Shown piece by piece: positions 30,800 to 41,530 of a stretch of DNA of 64,000 nucleotides. Within the stretch, counting starts at the first letter, position 1. The number at the start of each line of letters is the position of its first letter. Source of the DNA: a virus. Its lineage: Duplodnaviria > Caudoviricetes. Both the position numbers and the translations under genes were made by a program. Under the pieces are notes generated by a model. It was given only the letters and a program-made list of their open reading frames with translations, had not been told where the DNA came from and searched no databases. The stretch lies in IMG/VR virus record IMGVR_UViG_3300032116_000002; one strand, given 5' to 3'.

Positions 30800-31192
30800 A
30801 TGACAATGCATCTAGCACATCCTGCTCTGACTACTTTAGGCAAACGCAAGGGCAAGCAAAAGTTCGCAAGCTCCGAACAGAAGCGCAAGTTGCAATTGTT
30901 GCAACAAGACTGGGAACGCAAGCAACAAGAATGGCTCAAGATGAGCAACCCTGCACTTGTTAACAAAAAGTCAACACCATCACGTAAGTTACCCAATCTA
31001 TCAGTTCCAGCCGATCGTAGTACAAAACATATTCCCAGCGTTGACACAGGCATCAAAGGTGCAGTCAACGTCAAACAACCAATGCAATATACCGGTGACA
31101 AGATTATCGGTATCGGCACTATGCACAAGTCCAATGCAGTGCCCATCTTTAATGATGAAGCAGCCAAGGACATTAGCAAGATGAGGAGATAA
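30800..31192 (+). CDS. conserved phage hypothetical protein
   Basis: [19 protein letters not shown] motif; sigma70 promoter at about 30738. Confidence 0.7.
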   Translation: MTMHLAHPALTTLGKRKGKQKFASSEQKRKLQLLQQDWERKQQEWLKMSNPALVNKKSTPSRKLPNLSVPADRSTKHIPSVDTGIKGAVNVKQPMQYTGDKIIGIGTMHKSNAVPIFNDEAAKDISKMRR

Positions 31193-31202
31193 TTGCAACA
31201 CG

Positions 31203-31418
31203 ATGGCTAAAGAAGAAGCATTAAAATTAGATGGTAAGGTAACTGATGTATTACCTAACGCAATGTTCAGAGTACAATTAGAAACTGGACAAAATGTTAT
31301 AGGTTACATTTCAGGTAAAATGCGTCAGCATGACATTAAAGTATTGCTCGGCGATACAGTTGAATTAGAATTCAGCTTATATGACCTAACTCGCGGTAGA
31401 ATAACACGCCGTCGATAA
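31203..31418 (+). CDS. infA: translation initiation factor IF-1
   Basis: [43 protein letters not shown]. Confidence 0.96.
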   Translation: MAKEEALKLDGKVTDVLPNAMFRVQLETGQNVIGYISGKMRQHDIKVLLGDTVELEFSLYDLTRGRITRRR

Positions 31419-31437
31419 TCACACTAAATACTCTACA

Positions 31438-31989
31438 ATGTATGATATTGTAGATAGAATAGACGAATCCCGAAGAAAATCAATTGAGTTGGAGCCACTC
31501 CGCTATTCCGACTCGGATCTCTCACCTGTAATTTCAAGCAAAACAATTGACTATCATTATCATAACCTAGCTAAAGGTTATGCAAAAAGATATAAGAATA
31601 AAGAAGGTGATGATGACTTCAATTATGCAGGTGCTTTCTTGCATAATATCTACTTTGCACAATTTCGCAAACCTCAAGACAGTAATACACCCAACGGTCC
31701 TGTATTAAATTTAATAAGAAGAAAGTATGGGTATTGGCGTGACTTTAAAGAAGTTTTTAAAGAAGAAGCCATGAAGATACAGGGCAGTGGTTGGATATAT
31801 CTGACCTACACAGGAGAGATAAAAACCATTGTCAATCATGAGGTTCGTAACGATATACTATTACTGATTGACTGGTGGGAACATTCGTATTTTCTTGATT
31901 ATGGTCCTGATAAGAAAAGTTATCTTGACAATACTTGGAAAATTATTAATTGGGTACATATCAACACCCGTTGGGGTAAAAACTTATAG
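31438..31989 (+). CDS. Fe/Mn superoxide dismutase
   Basis: YHY, LHNIYF, QGSGW, DWWEHSY metal-ligand motifs. Confidence 0.9.
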   Translation: MYDIVDRIDESRRKSIELEPLRYSDSDLSPVISSKTIDYHYHNLAKGYAKRYKNKEGDDDFNYAGAFLHNIYFAQFRKPQDSNTPNGPVLNLIRRKYGYWRDFKEVFKEEAMKIQGSGWIYLTYTGEIKTIVNHEVRNDILLLIDWWEHSYFLDYGPDKKSYLDNTWKIINWVHINTRWGKNL

Positions 31990-31998
31990 GAAAATGTA

Positions 31999-32328
31999 AT
32001 GAATCTTAAAATTTCAGATAGCGTAATAAACAAAGTAAATGAATTAATTGCTGAAGAACAAAACCCAGATTTAAAACTTAGAGTGTTTGTCCAAGGAGGC
32101 GGGTGCAGTGGCTTTCAATATGGGTTCACTTTTGATGAAGTTATGAATGAAGATGACTTTGAAATCCAAGCAGGGGAGTTAAAAGTGCTTGTGGATAGCA
32201 TGTCTGCACAGTATCTCTATGAGGCTGAGATTGACTATACAGAAGATTTGCAGGGTGCCAGCTTCAAAATCAAGAACCCAAACGCTCAAACGACTTGTGG
32301 ATGCGGATCTAGCTTTAATCCTTTCTGA
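31999..32328 (+). CDS. erpA: Fe-S cluster insertion protein ErpA (HesB/IscA family)
   Basis: GGCSGFQYG and CGCGSSF motifs. Confidence 0.92.
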   Translation: MNLKISDSVINKVNELIAEEQNPDLKLRVFVQGGGCSGFQYGFTFDEVMNEDDFEIQAGELKVLVDSMSAQYLYEAEIDYTEDLQGASFKIKNPNAQTTCGCGSSFNPF

Positions 32329-32352
32329 TAAATACTAGATAAGGGGTTATAG

Positions 32353-34491
32353 ATGGCTATTTCAGGACAAAAACTAGTCAATATAGGGATACAGAATCAA
32401 GCAAGCAACAGTGATTCCCTATATACTGCGTTTAATAAAATACAAGATAATTTTTCCAATCTGTTTGCTAAGGCGAGTCCTTACAATACATTCACAGGTA
32501 ACATTGGAATCTCTACAGAAACTAATGAAGTTACTGGTACAGTAACAATAACCAACACTGGTGTCACAAAAATAACTCCGGGTACCGGTATCACACTAAG
32601 TGGTAGCAACGGAGAAGTTGTTGTAAGTGTTTCTGGAAATGTCACAGGTAATCTAGTAGCTGGTGTAACAAGAGTTGGAGTATTAAGTAACAGTCTTACT
32701 GTATCAAACAACCAAATTGTCAGCACTGGTAACATTGAAATTGAAATGCCTAAGACAGGCATTACTGCTGGTCAATATACAGCCCCAACTGTTACAGTAG
32801 ATGAATACGGTCGTATCACAAATATTGCTAATACAATTAGCACGGGAACAGTTACAAGTGTAGCGGTAGCTCCAGGTAATGGTATCGCAGTATCAGGTAG
32901 TCCAATCACAAGTGATGGTGTTATAACGATTGTTAACACAGGTGTTACACGATTAACTGCTGGCACAGGTATAACTTTAAGTGGTAGTAATGGTGCGGTT
33001 ACTATTAGTGCCGGTATCACAAGAGACATAGGAACAGTAACTAGCGTAGGTATTTCTAGTAATACATTATCAGTTGCAGGTGGTAGAGTAACGACCTCAG
33101 GTAATATCATCGTAGAACTACCGGATAACTTAAGTGTTGTTGGTAACATTGATTCCAGAAATTTAATTTGGGATGAAGGTAACGCTAAAACTATAGCAAA
33201 TAGTAAGTTTGAATCTACAATAGAAACACAATTAGGTAATGTTGGTACTATTAAAATTGCAGGTGGTACTAATGGTCAAGTATTGCAAACAGATGGAACT
33301 GGAAATCTGACATGGACAACATTACCAACACCTAATATTCCTGCAGCAGTAGTAGCAGGTGGTAGCAACACACAAATTCAATTTAATAATGGTGGCACGT
33401 TTAGCGGGCACTCTGGATTAACTTATAACAGAATCACAGGTAGATTAACAGCTACCTCATTGAACGTAAATTCAGATTCAGTAATTACTGGTAACATTAC
33501 CGTTAATGGTAATAACTCAGTAATCAATACCTTGGCAGTTCTTAATGGCGCTGAAGTTGATGGGAACGTCACGATAGGTGGTGCGGTAACAGCAAACGCA
33601 TTAAACATTCTCGGTTCCGGTAGACTTACAGGTAATTTATCAGTTCAAGGATTTATATCTGCTACCAAACCAATTACAGGAACAAATAATGCTCAAGTTG
33701 CTACAACATCATTTGTAGCAGAAGCAATTAATGTAGTAAACAACCAAAAAGCAAATGTAAATAGTCCTGCTTTCAGTGGAGTACCAACAGCGCCTACAGC
33801 AAATACAGCAGGTGCCGGCACTACTCAAATTGCTACAACTGAATATGTAAAATCTGTAGTTAATAATACATTAATAAGCCCAGTAAGTGGATATGTGATT
33901 CCAAGTGGTGTTATAGTTATGTGGTCGGGTTCCATTGTAAACATTCCTAGTGGTTGGAAACTATGTGACGGTACTAATGGTACACCTAACTTACGTGATA
34001 GATTTGTATTAGGTGCAGGTGGTGCTTACGCGGTAGGTGCAACAGGTGGAAGTGCAAATGCTATAGTGCCAAGTCATACACACTCTGCTATTTCTACATT
34101 CACTGGATATAACTTACCTACTCATACTCACAACATTACAGACACAGGACATGATCACCGCGTGAGAGATCCTGGTCACTATCATGACTTGAAGGGCGAT
34201 CAAGGTACACAGTTTTATGCAATCAATGATAGAAATAATATCCCTAAAGACACTGGATCATTTAGAGCGCAGGGCCCTAGCGCAAGTCGTGATGCTCAAT
34301 ATTTACCTTTTACTAGCCCTACCTTTACTGGAATTGGCGTAGATAGAAATGCTACAGGAATAACCATAAATGCTGCTAGTGCTGGCACACCAGGAGGTAC
34401 TGTAGCAACAGTAATAGATTCTACCGGATCTAGTGTATCAAATGCAAATATGCCACCGTATTACGCACTCTGCTTTATCATGAAAACCTAA
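32353..34491 (+). CDS. tail fibre/baseplate-attachment protein with collar-like domain
   Basis: GVTRLTAGTGITLSG repeats; PSGVIVMWSG..GWKLCDGTNGTPNLRDRF collar motif. Confidence 0.85.
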   Translation: MAISGQKLVNIGIQNQASNSDSLYTAFNKIQDNFSNLFAKASPYNTFTGNIGISTETNEVTGTVTITNTGVTKITPGTGITLSGSNGEVVVSVSGNVTGNLVAGVTRVGVLSNSLTVSNNQIVSTGNIEIEMPKTGITAGQYTAPTVTVDEYGRITNIANTISTGTVTSVAVAPGNGIAVSGSPITSDGVITIVNTGVTRLTAGTGITLSGSNGAVTISAGITRDIGTVTSVGISSNTLSVAGGRVTTSGNIIVELPDNLSVVGNIDSRNLIWDEGNAKTIANSKFESTIETQLGNVGTIKIAGGTNGQVLQTDGTGNLTWTTLPTPNIPAAVVAGGSNTQIQFNNGGTFSGHSGLTYNRITGRLTATSLNVNSDSVITGNITVNGNNSVINTLAVLNGAEVDGNVTIGGAVTANALNILGSGRLTGNLSVQGFISATKPITGTNNAQVATTSFVAEAINVVNNQKANVNSPAFSGVPTAPTANTAGAGTTQIATTEYVKSVVNNTLISPVSGYVIPSGVIVMWSGSIVNIPSGWKLCDGTNGTPNLRDRFVLGAGGAYAVGATGGSANAIVPSHTHSAISTFTGYNLPTHTHNITDTGHDHRVRDPGHYHDLKGDQGTQFYAINDRNNIPKDTGSFRAQGPSASRDAQYLPFTSPTFTGIGVDRNATGITINAASAGTPGGTVATVIDSTGSSVSNANMPPYYALCFIMKT

Positions 34492-34548
34492 TTTTTGGTG
34501 ACTCTTTTTCCCTGTATTTTGATAAATACAGTATAAGGAGTCACTAAA

Positions 34549-37500
34549 ATGGCACAACAAATTCCAGTACAAACAATAATAGATCCTAAAACAGATACGG
34601 GATTAACCAACTATAATACAACGATTTCCAAGGTTCCTACGAACGCAGCGAACGTTTTCGTTACCAGTGTTACAAACAACACGACCCAAATTAACACACA
34701 GGTGTTCCAAACTCAAACAAACGCTAACGCAGCGGCTGGGGCATCTACTCAAGTACAATTTAACGACCGCGGGATACTAGCAGGTAGCCCGGGTTTCACA
34801 TACAACACTAATACAAGTTCATTAATTGTAACGGGGAACGTCACTACAAGTACGATTCGTACTAACACATTGCTATATCAAAATGGCGATCCAATGATGT
34901 TTTCGTATTCTAATGCGAATGTAACTAGCTTCTTACCAACATATGGTGGCAATTTAAGCGCAACGCAAGTAACAGCATTAAACTTTGTGGGTAACGGTGC
35001 GTTATTAAGTAATATCACAGGCTCAACTGTTACTGGTACAGTTGCATCTGCTAATTATGCGACTGAATCTAACAGAGCTAATACAGTAATGTCAGCTAGT
35101 CAGCCAAACATTACTAGTGTTGGCACATTATTAAATCTAACAGTTGAAGGAAGTGTACAAGCTAACAATATTTCAGCAACAAACTCAATATTTGCTAACA
35201 GAATTGCAGGTGATGGTGCCAACATTAGCAATATCACTGGTGCATTTGTTACTGGAGTAGTTGCTAATGCTAATTACGCTGCATTATCAGGAACAGCAAA
35301 CACTGTTAGCACTTCTGCTCAACCTAATATTACTAGTGTTGGTATACTAACTGGATTACAAGTTGGTGGTAACCTATTAGTAAGCAATGCAGATTTAGGT
35401 AACATGGTTTATGCTAACCATTACAGCGGTAATGGTAGTATGCTTAATAATTTAACCGGTGCTAATGTAACTGGTGTAGTACCAATGGCAGAAGAATCGA
35501 ATGTGGCAGTAAACGTTAGTTCAAGTAGCCAGCCAAACATTACAAGTGTTGGTACACTAACAAGCTTAACAGTGACAGGTGCAATTACAGGAAGCAATGT
35601 AAACTTTGACACAGTTAACGCACAGTTCTTAGTAGGCGATGGCGGTAACATTACAGATATTGCTGCAACAGAAATCGTTGGTACAGTTGCTAATGCAACT
35701 CATGCCGCAGTAGCAGCAACAGCTAATACAGTAGCTGGTGCTAATGTAACTGGAACAGTTGCTAATGCTACACATTCAAATACTTCAGCAGTTGCTTATA
35801 GTGTTGCTGGTGCTAACGTTACCGGAACAGTAGCAGATGCAGCACATGCAATCGTTGCTGATAGTGCTAATAGTGTTGCAGGTGCAGACGTAACTGGTAC
35901 CGTAGCAAATGCAACCCATGCAATTAGTTCAGATAGTGCAAGTAGTGTTGCTGGTGCTAACGTTACAGGTCAAGTGTCCAATGCATTAGTTTCTGGCACG
36001 GTTTATACAAATGCACAGCCAAACATTACAAGTGTTGGCACATTAACTAGCTTATCTGTAACAGGAAATGTAAGCGCAGGTAACATAACAGTATCCGGAG
36101 CAATTAGTGCTGCAAGTGTAGCAGGTGATGCTATTAACCTAAGTAATATTCCCGGTGCTAATGTAGCAGGTACTGTTGCAAATGCAGCATATTCCACAAC
36201 AGCAGGTGTAGTAAGTATTAGTTCACAACCAAACATCACTAGTGTTGGTACATTGACAACGGTTGAAGTACTAACATCAGCAAACGTTGGCCAATTAAAT
36301 GCAAACGGTAATGTATCAGGTAATGTAATAAGTGGTAATTTATTTGTAGGCAGTGGCGCTAACTTAACAAACATACCAGCAGCAAATATTTCTGGAACTG
36401 TAGCCAATGCTACTTATGCTGTTAATGCCAATGCAGCTAATGCATCACTTGTAGCAGCAACAGTTACAGACAGTAGCCAACCTAACATTACTAGTGTTGG
36501 TACTCTAGCAAGTGTTACTGTATCCGGAGTGTCCAACTTTGGTGCAGTAGGAAATGTTAAGATTACAGGCGGTGCTAGTGGTCAAGCACTCGTAACAGAC
36601 GGTGCAGGTAATCTAAGCTTCTCAACCGTCGCTACAGAATCATATGTTACTTCAGAAATTTCTAATGTGATTAATGGTGCACCTGGTGCACTGAACACAT
36701 TAAATGAATTAGCAAATGCATTAGCAAATGATGCTAGCTATTCAACCACAATCACAAACGCATTAGCTTTAAAAGCCGACAGTTCTAGTTTGGCAACAGT
36801 AGCGACTAGTGGTAGTTACAGTGACTTAACAAACAAGCCAACATTATTTGATGGTGCATATAGTAGTTTAACTGGATCACCAACACTAGCTACAGTAGCA
36901 ACAAGTGGTAGCTACAATGATTTAAATGACAAACCAAGCATACCTAGCTTAACTGGCTACGCTACAGAAACTTATGTAACAACCTCATTAACTTGGTCTA
37001 ACGTAAGTAGTAAGCCAACATTTGCTACAGTTGCAACAAGTGGTGCATATGCAGACTTAAGTGGTCTACCAACATTGGGTAATATTGCTAGTGCAAACTT
37101 CGATGGTAGTGCAAGTAACGTATTATATGGCAATGGTGTATTCGCTGCTGCGACTGGTGGCGGCGGTGGCATCACACTAACCAGCTTAAGTGTATCATCA
37201 ACTACAGCATCCGGTGGTGGAAGTCTATCATATGACAATACAACGGGCGCATTTACATTTGCTCCTGCAAGTATCCCAAGCTTAGCTACAGTAGCAACAA
37301 GTGGTAGCTATAGTGACTTAACAAACAAGCCAGCATTGTTTGATGGGGCTTATACTAGCTTGACTGGAGCACCAGCATTATTCGACGGTGCGTATTCTAG
37401 TTTAACAGGAGCACCTAGCTTAGCTACAGTTGCAACAAGTGGTGCATATAGTGACTTAAGTGGTACCCCAACATTAGCTACAGTAGCAACAAGTGGTAGC

Positions 37501-37683
37501 TATGATGACTTAAGTGACAAGCCAAGTATACCAAGTATCACTGGTCTATTAAGTTGGACTACAGCGCCAGCTACCGCAGCTTCAACGGGAACTACGGGTC
37601 AGATAGCGTATGATTCAGGATATCTATATGTATGTGTATCTACAGATACTTGGGTGCGCACTGCATTAAGTACATGGTCGTAA
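34549..37683 (+). CDS. long tail fibre protein with tandem repeats
   Basis: 6x QPNITSVG, several VAGANVTGTV, 6x ATVATSGxYxDL; WVRTALSTW C-terminus. Confidence 0.85.
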   Translation: MAQQIPVQTIIDPKTDTGLTNYNTTISKVPTNAANVFVTSVTNNTTQINTQVFQTQTNANAAAGASTQVQFNDRGILAGSPGFTYNTNTSSLIVTGNVTTSTIRTNTLLYQNGDPMMFSYSNANVTSFLPTYGGNLSATQVTALNFVGNGALLSNITGSTVTGTVASANYATESNRANTVMSASQPNITSVGTLLNLTVEGSVQANNISATNSIFANRIAGDGANISNITGAFVTGVVANANYAALSGTANTVSTSAQPNITSVGILTGLQVGGNLLVSNADLGNMVYANHYSGNGSMLNNLTGANVTGVVPMAEESNVAVNVSSSSQPNITSVGTLTSLTVTGAITGSNVNFDTVNAQFLVGDGGNITDIAATEIVGTVANATHAAVAATANTVAGANVTGTVANATHSNTSAVAYSVAGANVTGTVADAAHAIVADSANSVAGADVTGTVANATHAISSDSASSVAGANVTGQVSNALVSGTVYTNAQPNITSVGTLTSLSVTGNVSAGNITVSGAISAASVAGDAINLSNIPGANVAGTVANAAYSTTAGVVSISSQPNITSVGTLTTVEVLTSANVGQLNANGNVSGNVISGNLFVGSGANLTNIPAANISGTVANATYAVNANAANASLVAATVTDSSQPNITSVGTLASVTVSGVSNFGAVGNVKITGGASGQALVTDGAGNLSFSTVATESYVTSEISNVINGAPGALNTLNELANALANDASYSTTITNALALKADSSSLATVATSGSYSDLTNKPTLFDGAYSSLTGSPTLATVATSGSYNDLNDKPSIPSLTGYATETYVTTSLTWSNVSSKPTFATVATSGAYADLSGLPTLGNIASANFDGSASNVLYGNGVFAAATGGGGGITLTSLSVSSTTASGGGSLSYDNTTGAFTFAPASIPSLATVATSGSYSDLTNKPALFDGAYTSLTGAPALFDGAYSSLTGAPSLATVATSGAYSDLSGTPTLATVATSGSYDDLSDKPSIPSITGLLSWTTAPATAASTGTTGQIAYDSGYLYVCVSTDTWVRTALSTWS
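35100..37520 (+). repeat. coding repeats within tail fibre
   Basis: Near-identical DNA e.g. AGTGACTTAACAAACAAGCC at about 36820 and 37313. Confidence 0.8.
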
Positions 37684-37698
37684 TTTTTAGTACCCATT

Positions 37699-37724
37699 AA
37701 AAAAGCCCCGTAAGGGGCTTTTTT
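37699..37724. terminator. bidirectional terminator between convergent blocks
   Basis: AAAAAAGCCCC-GTAA-GGGGCTTTTTT. Confidence 0.9.
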
Positions 37725-37941
37725 ATTTTACTTGTTTAAGCATGTGATCAGAATATTTATTGTCACACATTGATATAACATCACTAAACGGCCATTCTAA
37801 ATAAAACGGACAACCGTTCTCCCACTTACTATTCTTTTTGAAAAACTTAAGTTCGTTCAAATCCTCACGTTTACTCGGATCAAAATAGCGTCTGCGTTGT
37901 GCAAACCTATGTAGTACAGTTATGTGTTCATAACTGTTCAT
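37723..37941 (-). CDS. hypothetical protein
   Basis: Coupled ORF. Confidence 0.6.
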   Translation of the reverse strand: MNSYEHITVLHRFAQRRRYFDPSKREDLNELKFFKKNSKWENGCPFYLEWPFSDVISMCDNKYSDHMLKQVK

Positions 37942-38129
37942 TAACTACGTTCCATTTGTGTAGCTTCGGTAATAAGTGCGGTGACTTGATTAAGATCGTT
38001 ACATAAAATCTTTACACTAGTCCAATCGTCGTTATCATCTCTACCGCTTATTTCAAAAAGAAAACCATTGTCGTACATGCGGATACTCATATCCTCATCG
38101 ACTTTGGCTAGTTTATCAGAAATTTTCAT
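37941..38129 (-). CDS. hypothetical protein
   Basis: AGGAG RBS. Confidence 0.65.
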   Translation of the reverse strand: MKISDKLAKVDEDMSIRMYDNGFLFEISGRDDNDDWTSVKILCNDLNQVTALITEATQMERS

Positions 38130-38176
38130 TCATACTCCTAAGGAAAGATAGGGGCAACAAGTGCCCCTGTATACAA

Positions 38177-38527
38177 TTATTCAACCGTTGCAGTTGCTTT
38201 GCCGCGGGCTTTGATTGCGTTGAGGCTTGGCTTCGGTGCCTTAGTAGCCTTAACTTTAACTTCGCCACTCTTTGCAGTCTTTTCACGATCTGCAAGGCTG
38301 TCAGCGATGAGTGCCTGATCGTCAGGGCTCTGAAAATCCTGATGACCTTGTAGATACTTGAGTGCATCTACCTTACTCATTGCACTAGGCAATTCCATCA
38401 AATCGATGCGAGTTGCACCGCCCTTAGTAAACTGCTTAACACGGCGAATCAAATCATCAGTAAAGCGAACCTTACTGTTACCGTTGTGAGTTGTGATACC
38501 TGCTACTTTGAACACTTGCTCAGTCAT
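38177..38527 (-). CDS. hypothetical protein
   Basis: GAGG RBS; downstream hairpin AGGGGCA/TGCCCCT at 38150-38168. Confidence 0.7.
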   Translation of the reverse strand: MTEQVFKVAGITTHNGNSKVRFTDDLIRRVKQFTKGGATRIDLMELPSAMSKVDALKYLQGHQDFQSPDDQALIADSLADREKTAKSGEVKVKATKAPKPSLNAIKARGKATATVE

Positions 38528-38640
38528 ACATAGACCTCTTAAGGTTAGTTAATAATAAAATTAAAATGTGTTTATCACACAAGTATAATGATAACACCGA
38601 TTCTTTTTAATGTCAACAATCGGTGTTACCAAAATCAGAT

Positions 38641-39054
38641 TTAGTTGCCCAAAACGTAGGGTTTATTCCAACGACCAATGTTAACATCGATATACCAGCC
38701 CACATCAAAATAATCGGTTTGGATATCCGAGTTATCGTGGTTGCCGTCGTTCATTGCATGTAGAATTTCACGCAGGAACTGTTTGGCAACACCATCGAAA
38801 TGTTCATGATACCAAAACGGGTTAACATCGATATAATCTACTGCAGGGCGAAAACCACCGTATTGTGCGTAACGTGGGTTGTCAATATTGAAACTATTGT
38901 AGTTGCCAATAAAATCAATTGCACCCGACTTGATGGTCAAGCAAAGGGTCATGTGATTACGGACACTTAGTGAACCCTTAACACCATACTTTTTAAGAAT
39001 TGCCTTAACGACTGGGGCGATTTTTGCTTTACGTTCCTGAGACATGTATGCCAT
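38641..39054 (-). CDS. conserved phage early protein (LPD29-like DxxTDYFD motif)
   Basis: DNSDIQTDYFDVGWY; AAGGAG RBS. Confidence 0.7.
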   Translation of the reverse strand: MAYMSQERKAKIAPVVKAILKKYGVKGSLSVRNHMTLCLTIKSGAIDFIGNYNSFNIDNPRYAQYGGFRPAVDYIDVNPFWYHEHFDGVAKQFLREILHAMNDGNHDNSDIQTDYFDVGWYIDVNIGRWNKPYVLGN

Positions 39055-39086
39055 TTGTTGCTCCTTGTTTGTCAGTTAATGTAGCT

Positions 39087-39115
39087 ATTATATATCCGAA
39101 CCGATTTATTGTCAA
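39087..39115 (-). promoter_or_regulatory. early promoter
   Basis: TTGACAATAAATC, 17-bp spacer, TATAAT. Confidence 0.85.
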
Positions 39116-39312
39116 CCAAAATTAAATTCTAATACCAAAAGAATTTGTTCGGCCACAGTGACGCAAGCTTCCGGGCATTTTAGCAGTAACAGTTTTTGGG
39201 GTTTTTTGTGGCTTGCAAATAACTACTTTGTAACCCTCAGTACTTACATATTCAACAATTACTTTTTTGTTAACGGTTTTCATAACTAGCCCTTTATCAA
39301 GTTAGTAAAGCT

Positions 39313-39341
39313 ATTATATACCCAAACCGATTTATTGTCAA
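39313..39341 (-). promoter_or_regulatory. early promoter
   Basis: TTGACAATAAATC, 17-bp spacer, TATAAT. Confidence 0.85.
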
Positions 39342-39660
39342 GTTTTGGGCGTGTTTCTTGAGGGAAACTTTTTGCACCACATACATTTCTCACTTTTATT
39401 TCCGTAGAAATATAAGCCCGTATCGGGAAACTTTTGTTTACATGCCTTACATGTAAACACTTTCATTTCCACTTCTGTTTCTTTTTTAGCAACCTTTTTA
39501 GGCGTTACTTTCTTCGCTGGTGTTTCCTTCGCTACTGACTTTTTGGGTAATGGCATGTAATCTATCCGCACAGTTTCGAATGTCCTCGCTAAGCTTGCCT
39601 ACACCAATATTGGATTCGACAAACCTAGCGATATTGTGTAATTCTATAACTGCACTTTCA

Positions 39661-39825
39661 TTAGTTGTATCCAACTTCGTAGTCCTCTGGTTCTAGCATA
39701 TCTGCCTCAAGTACAGCATCCTGATAGGTATTTGCTTCTAGTTGAATTACTTGACCATCAGCAAAACATGCCATATAGCCACCTGTTGCAGGATCAGATT
39801 CAACACTTACTAGAAAATTTCCCAT
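39661..39825 (-). CDS. 54-aa hypothetical protein (not in ORF track)
   Basis: MGNFLVSVESDP...; GAGGA RBS. Confidence 0.55.
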   Translation of the reverse strand: MGNFLVSVESDPATGGYMACFADGQVIQLEANTYQDAVLEADMLEPEDYEVGYN

Positions 39826-40145
39826 TACATAGTCCTCTTAATATAGTTGATAACAGCCATTGCTTCAGTAAAATCAGTAATGTTATCATCGGTGTTACTT
39901 TCAATAACAGCCATTACTTGACGTTTACGATTCAACCCACTGAATGTGACGGTTGTGTTTAAAACTTTATAATCATTGTCTTTGTACGTACCCATTATTG
40001 CTCCTTTGTTTTAACAGTTTCTTTTTTCTCTGGCATCATAGTACTAGTGTACTCTGCCGATTTCTGTATGTCTTTACCCATGCCTGCAATTGTGTTACAA
40101 GCGGTCAAAGAAAACATTGCAATAAATGCTACTATAATTTTCATA

Positions 40146-40439
40146 TCAATCCCACTCCTTGTGATCACCTAACTTTTCGTTATAATCATAACCATCCATG
40201 TACTCAGTAATTTCTTCCCTAGTAAGTTTAATTACTCTAGTACCATTCCCAGTCCCTTCGGGGTACCAATGAGGATCACGCGGGCGGCGATAATAACTAT
40301 CAGCACGACCTCGGTCATACAAACCACCGTGACGGTTACGGTCAAATTGCGGTTCGTCTTTTAAAATACGAATAACTTTTTCTTTAGTAATTTCCATATT
40401 AATCTCCAAGATAGATACCACCTGCTTGACGGCGCTCAA
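40146..40439 (-). CDS. hypothetical protein
   Basis: RHGGLYDRGRADSYY motif; true start probably about 40398. Confidence 0.65.
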   Translation of the reverse strand: MSAVKQVVSILEINMEITKEKVIRILKDEPQFDRNRHGGLYDRGRADSYYRRPRDPHWYPEGTGNGTRVIKLTREEITEYMDGYDYNEKLGDHKEWD

Positions 40440-40599
40440 GTTCCCATTGACGGTGCAAACGCTTGATCAACCATTGGGTAAAATCTTTGACTGCACCAAA
40501 ATCTTTTACACATACCTTGTGACGCTGGCGAATATCTTTTTCCTGCGCAACATCAAACCCTAGTGACTTGAACAAAGCTAGTTGTCGTTCTGTTAACAT
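40399..40599 (-). CDS. hypothetical protein
   Basis: GGAG RBS; directly behind early promoter. Confidence 0.65.
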   Translation of the reverse strand: MLTERQLALFKSLGFDVAQEKDIRQRHKVCVKDFGAVKDFTQWLIKRLHRQWELERRQAGGIYLGD

Positions 40600-40630
40600 G
40601 ATTACTCCGTATCAATCAATCAATACCGTT

Positions 40631-40659
40631 ATTATATGCCCAAACGGATTTATTGTCAA
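40631..40659 (-). promoter_or_regulatory. early promoter
   Basis: TTGACAATAAATC, 17-bp spacer, TATAAT. Confidence 0.85.
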
Positions 40660-40696
40660 CCGTTATCATATTTGCAATAAATGGATAAATATCATT

Positions 40697-40921
40697 ATGA
40701 CAAGATTACAATTTTATCACTATATAAAGCAATTCATTCTTTATTTTCCTACACCGACATCTTTTGTACTAGGAGTGTTATCACTTACCGGTCCAAGTTA
40801 TATATGTGGGCAACATGGATACGAAATGTCCTTAATGTGGTTTTTAATGAGTTTAGCACATAGTAAAGTATACATTGATTTTGTAGAGCAATACTTTTGC
40901 CCAAACAAACATAAACATTAA
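40697..40921 (+). CDS. small membrane protein
   Basis: ATG 40697 after GATAAATA late-type motif. Confidence 0.5.
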   Translation: MTRLQFYHYIKQFILYFPTPTSFVLGVLSLTGPSYICGQHGYEMSLMWFLMSLAHSKVYIDFVEQYFCPNKHKH

Positions 40922-41125
40922 TTACCTAGATAGCATCTTAGCTAGGTAGTTGTGTATCTCAGCCATTTCCTCATGATCCACATAAAAATCAGTCAATGGA
41001 TCGTAATACTTGCCCTCTTTTGGATCGTAGTACAATACACGACCATCTGAGTAGAAGAAAGGACCCTCTAGACCTTTGCGGGGCTGCCAGCGATTATCAC
41101 GCTCGTTTAAGATTTTGTATGCCAT
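40922..41125 (-). CDS. hypothetical protein
   Basis: GLEGPFFY..YYDPKEGKYYDP. Confidence 0.65.
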   Translation of the reverse strand: MAYKILNERDNRWQPRKGLEGPFFYSDGRVLYYDPKEGKYYDPLTDFYVDHEEMAEIHNYLAKMLSR

Positions 41126-41302
41126 ATTATTTGTAGGTTTTAACGTCCCAGATAAGAAACAAACCAATGCCTAACCAAAATAGACCCGTCATTACATTAC
41201 CTAATGCAATGTTTACAAGCCCACTCATTACGTTTAGATATCCAATTGAATATCCAATTATAGCACGGTGCTTCCAAAACCAATCTACAATTTTCGTTTT
41301 CA

Positions 41303-41530
41303 TCATTCCACCCCAAAATGTTTTTTAACATCATCAACACAACGGCGAACTTCCCAGTCCTCACGATTTAGGTCGCCCATAAATCGTCTGTTCAATACAC
41401 CAATACAATCCTTGACAATCAGATCCGCAAACTTAAGTATGGCAGTGCGGTCGTACTCATCCATCTCATCCCAACAGCCTTGTGCTGTTAGTCCGGCTTC
41501 GTACATAAGGTCATCAAATTTATTTGTCAT
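41303..41530 (-). CDS. hypothetical protein
   Basis: Coupled ORF. Confidence 0.6.
   Translation of the reverse strand: MTNKFDDLMYEAGLTAQGCWDEMDEYDRTAILKFADLIVKDCIGVLNRRFMGDLNREDWEVRRCVDDVKKHFGVE

Noticed and set aside
34549-37683. CRISPR array or DGR template/variable repeats
   Set aside because: Repeats are in-frame coding units without unique equal-length spacers; no cas or reverse transcriptase in the window
39338-39571. 77-aa ORF as annotated
   Set aside because: Its 5' half overlaps another plausible minus-strand ORF in a different frame; only the CxxC-containing 3' part may be real, so it was not called
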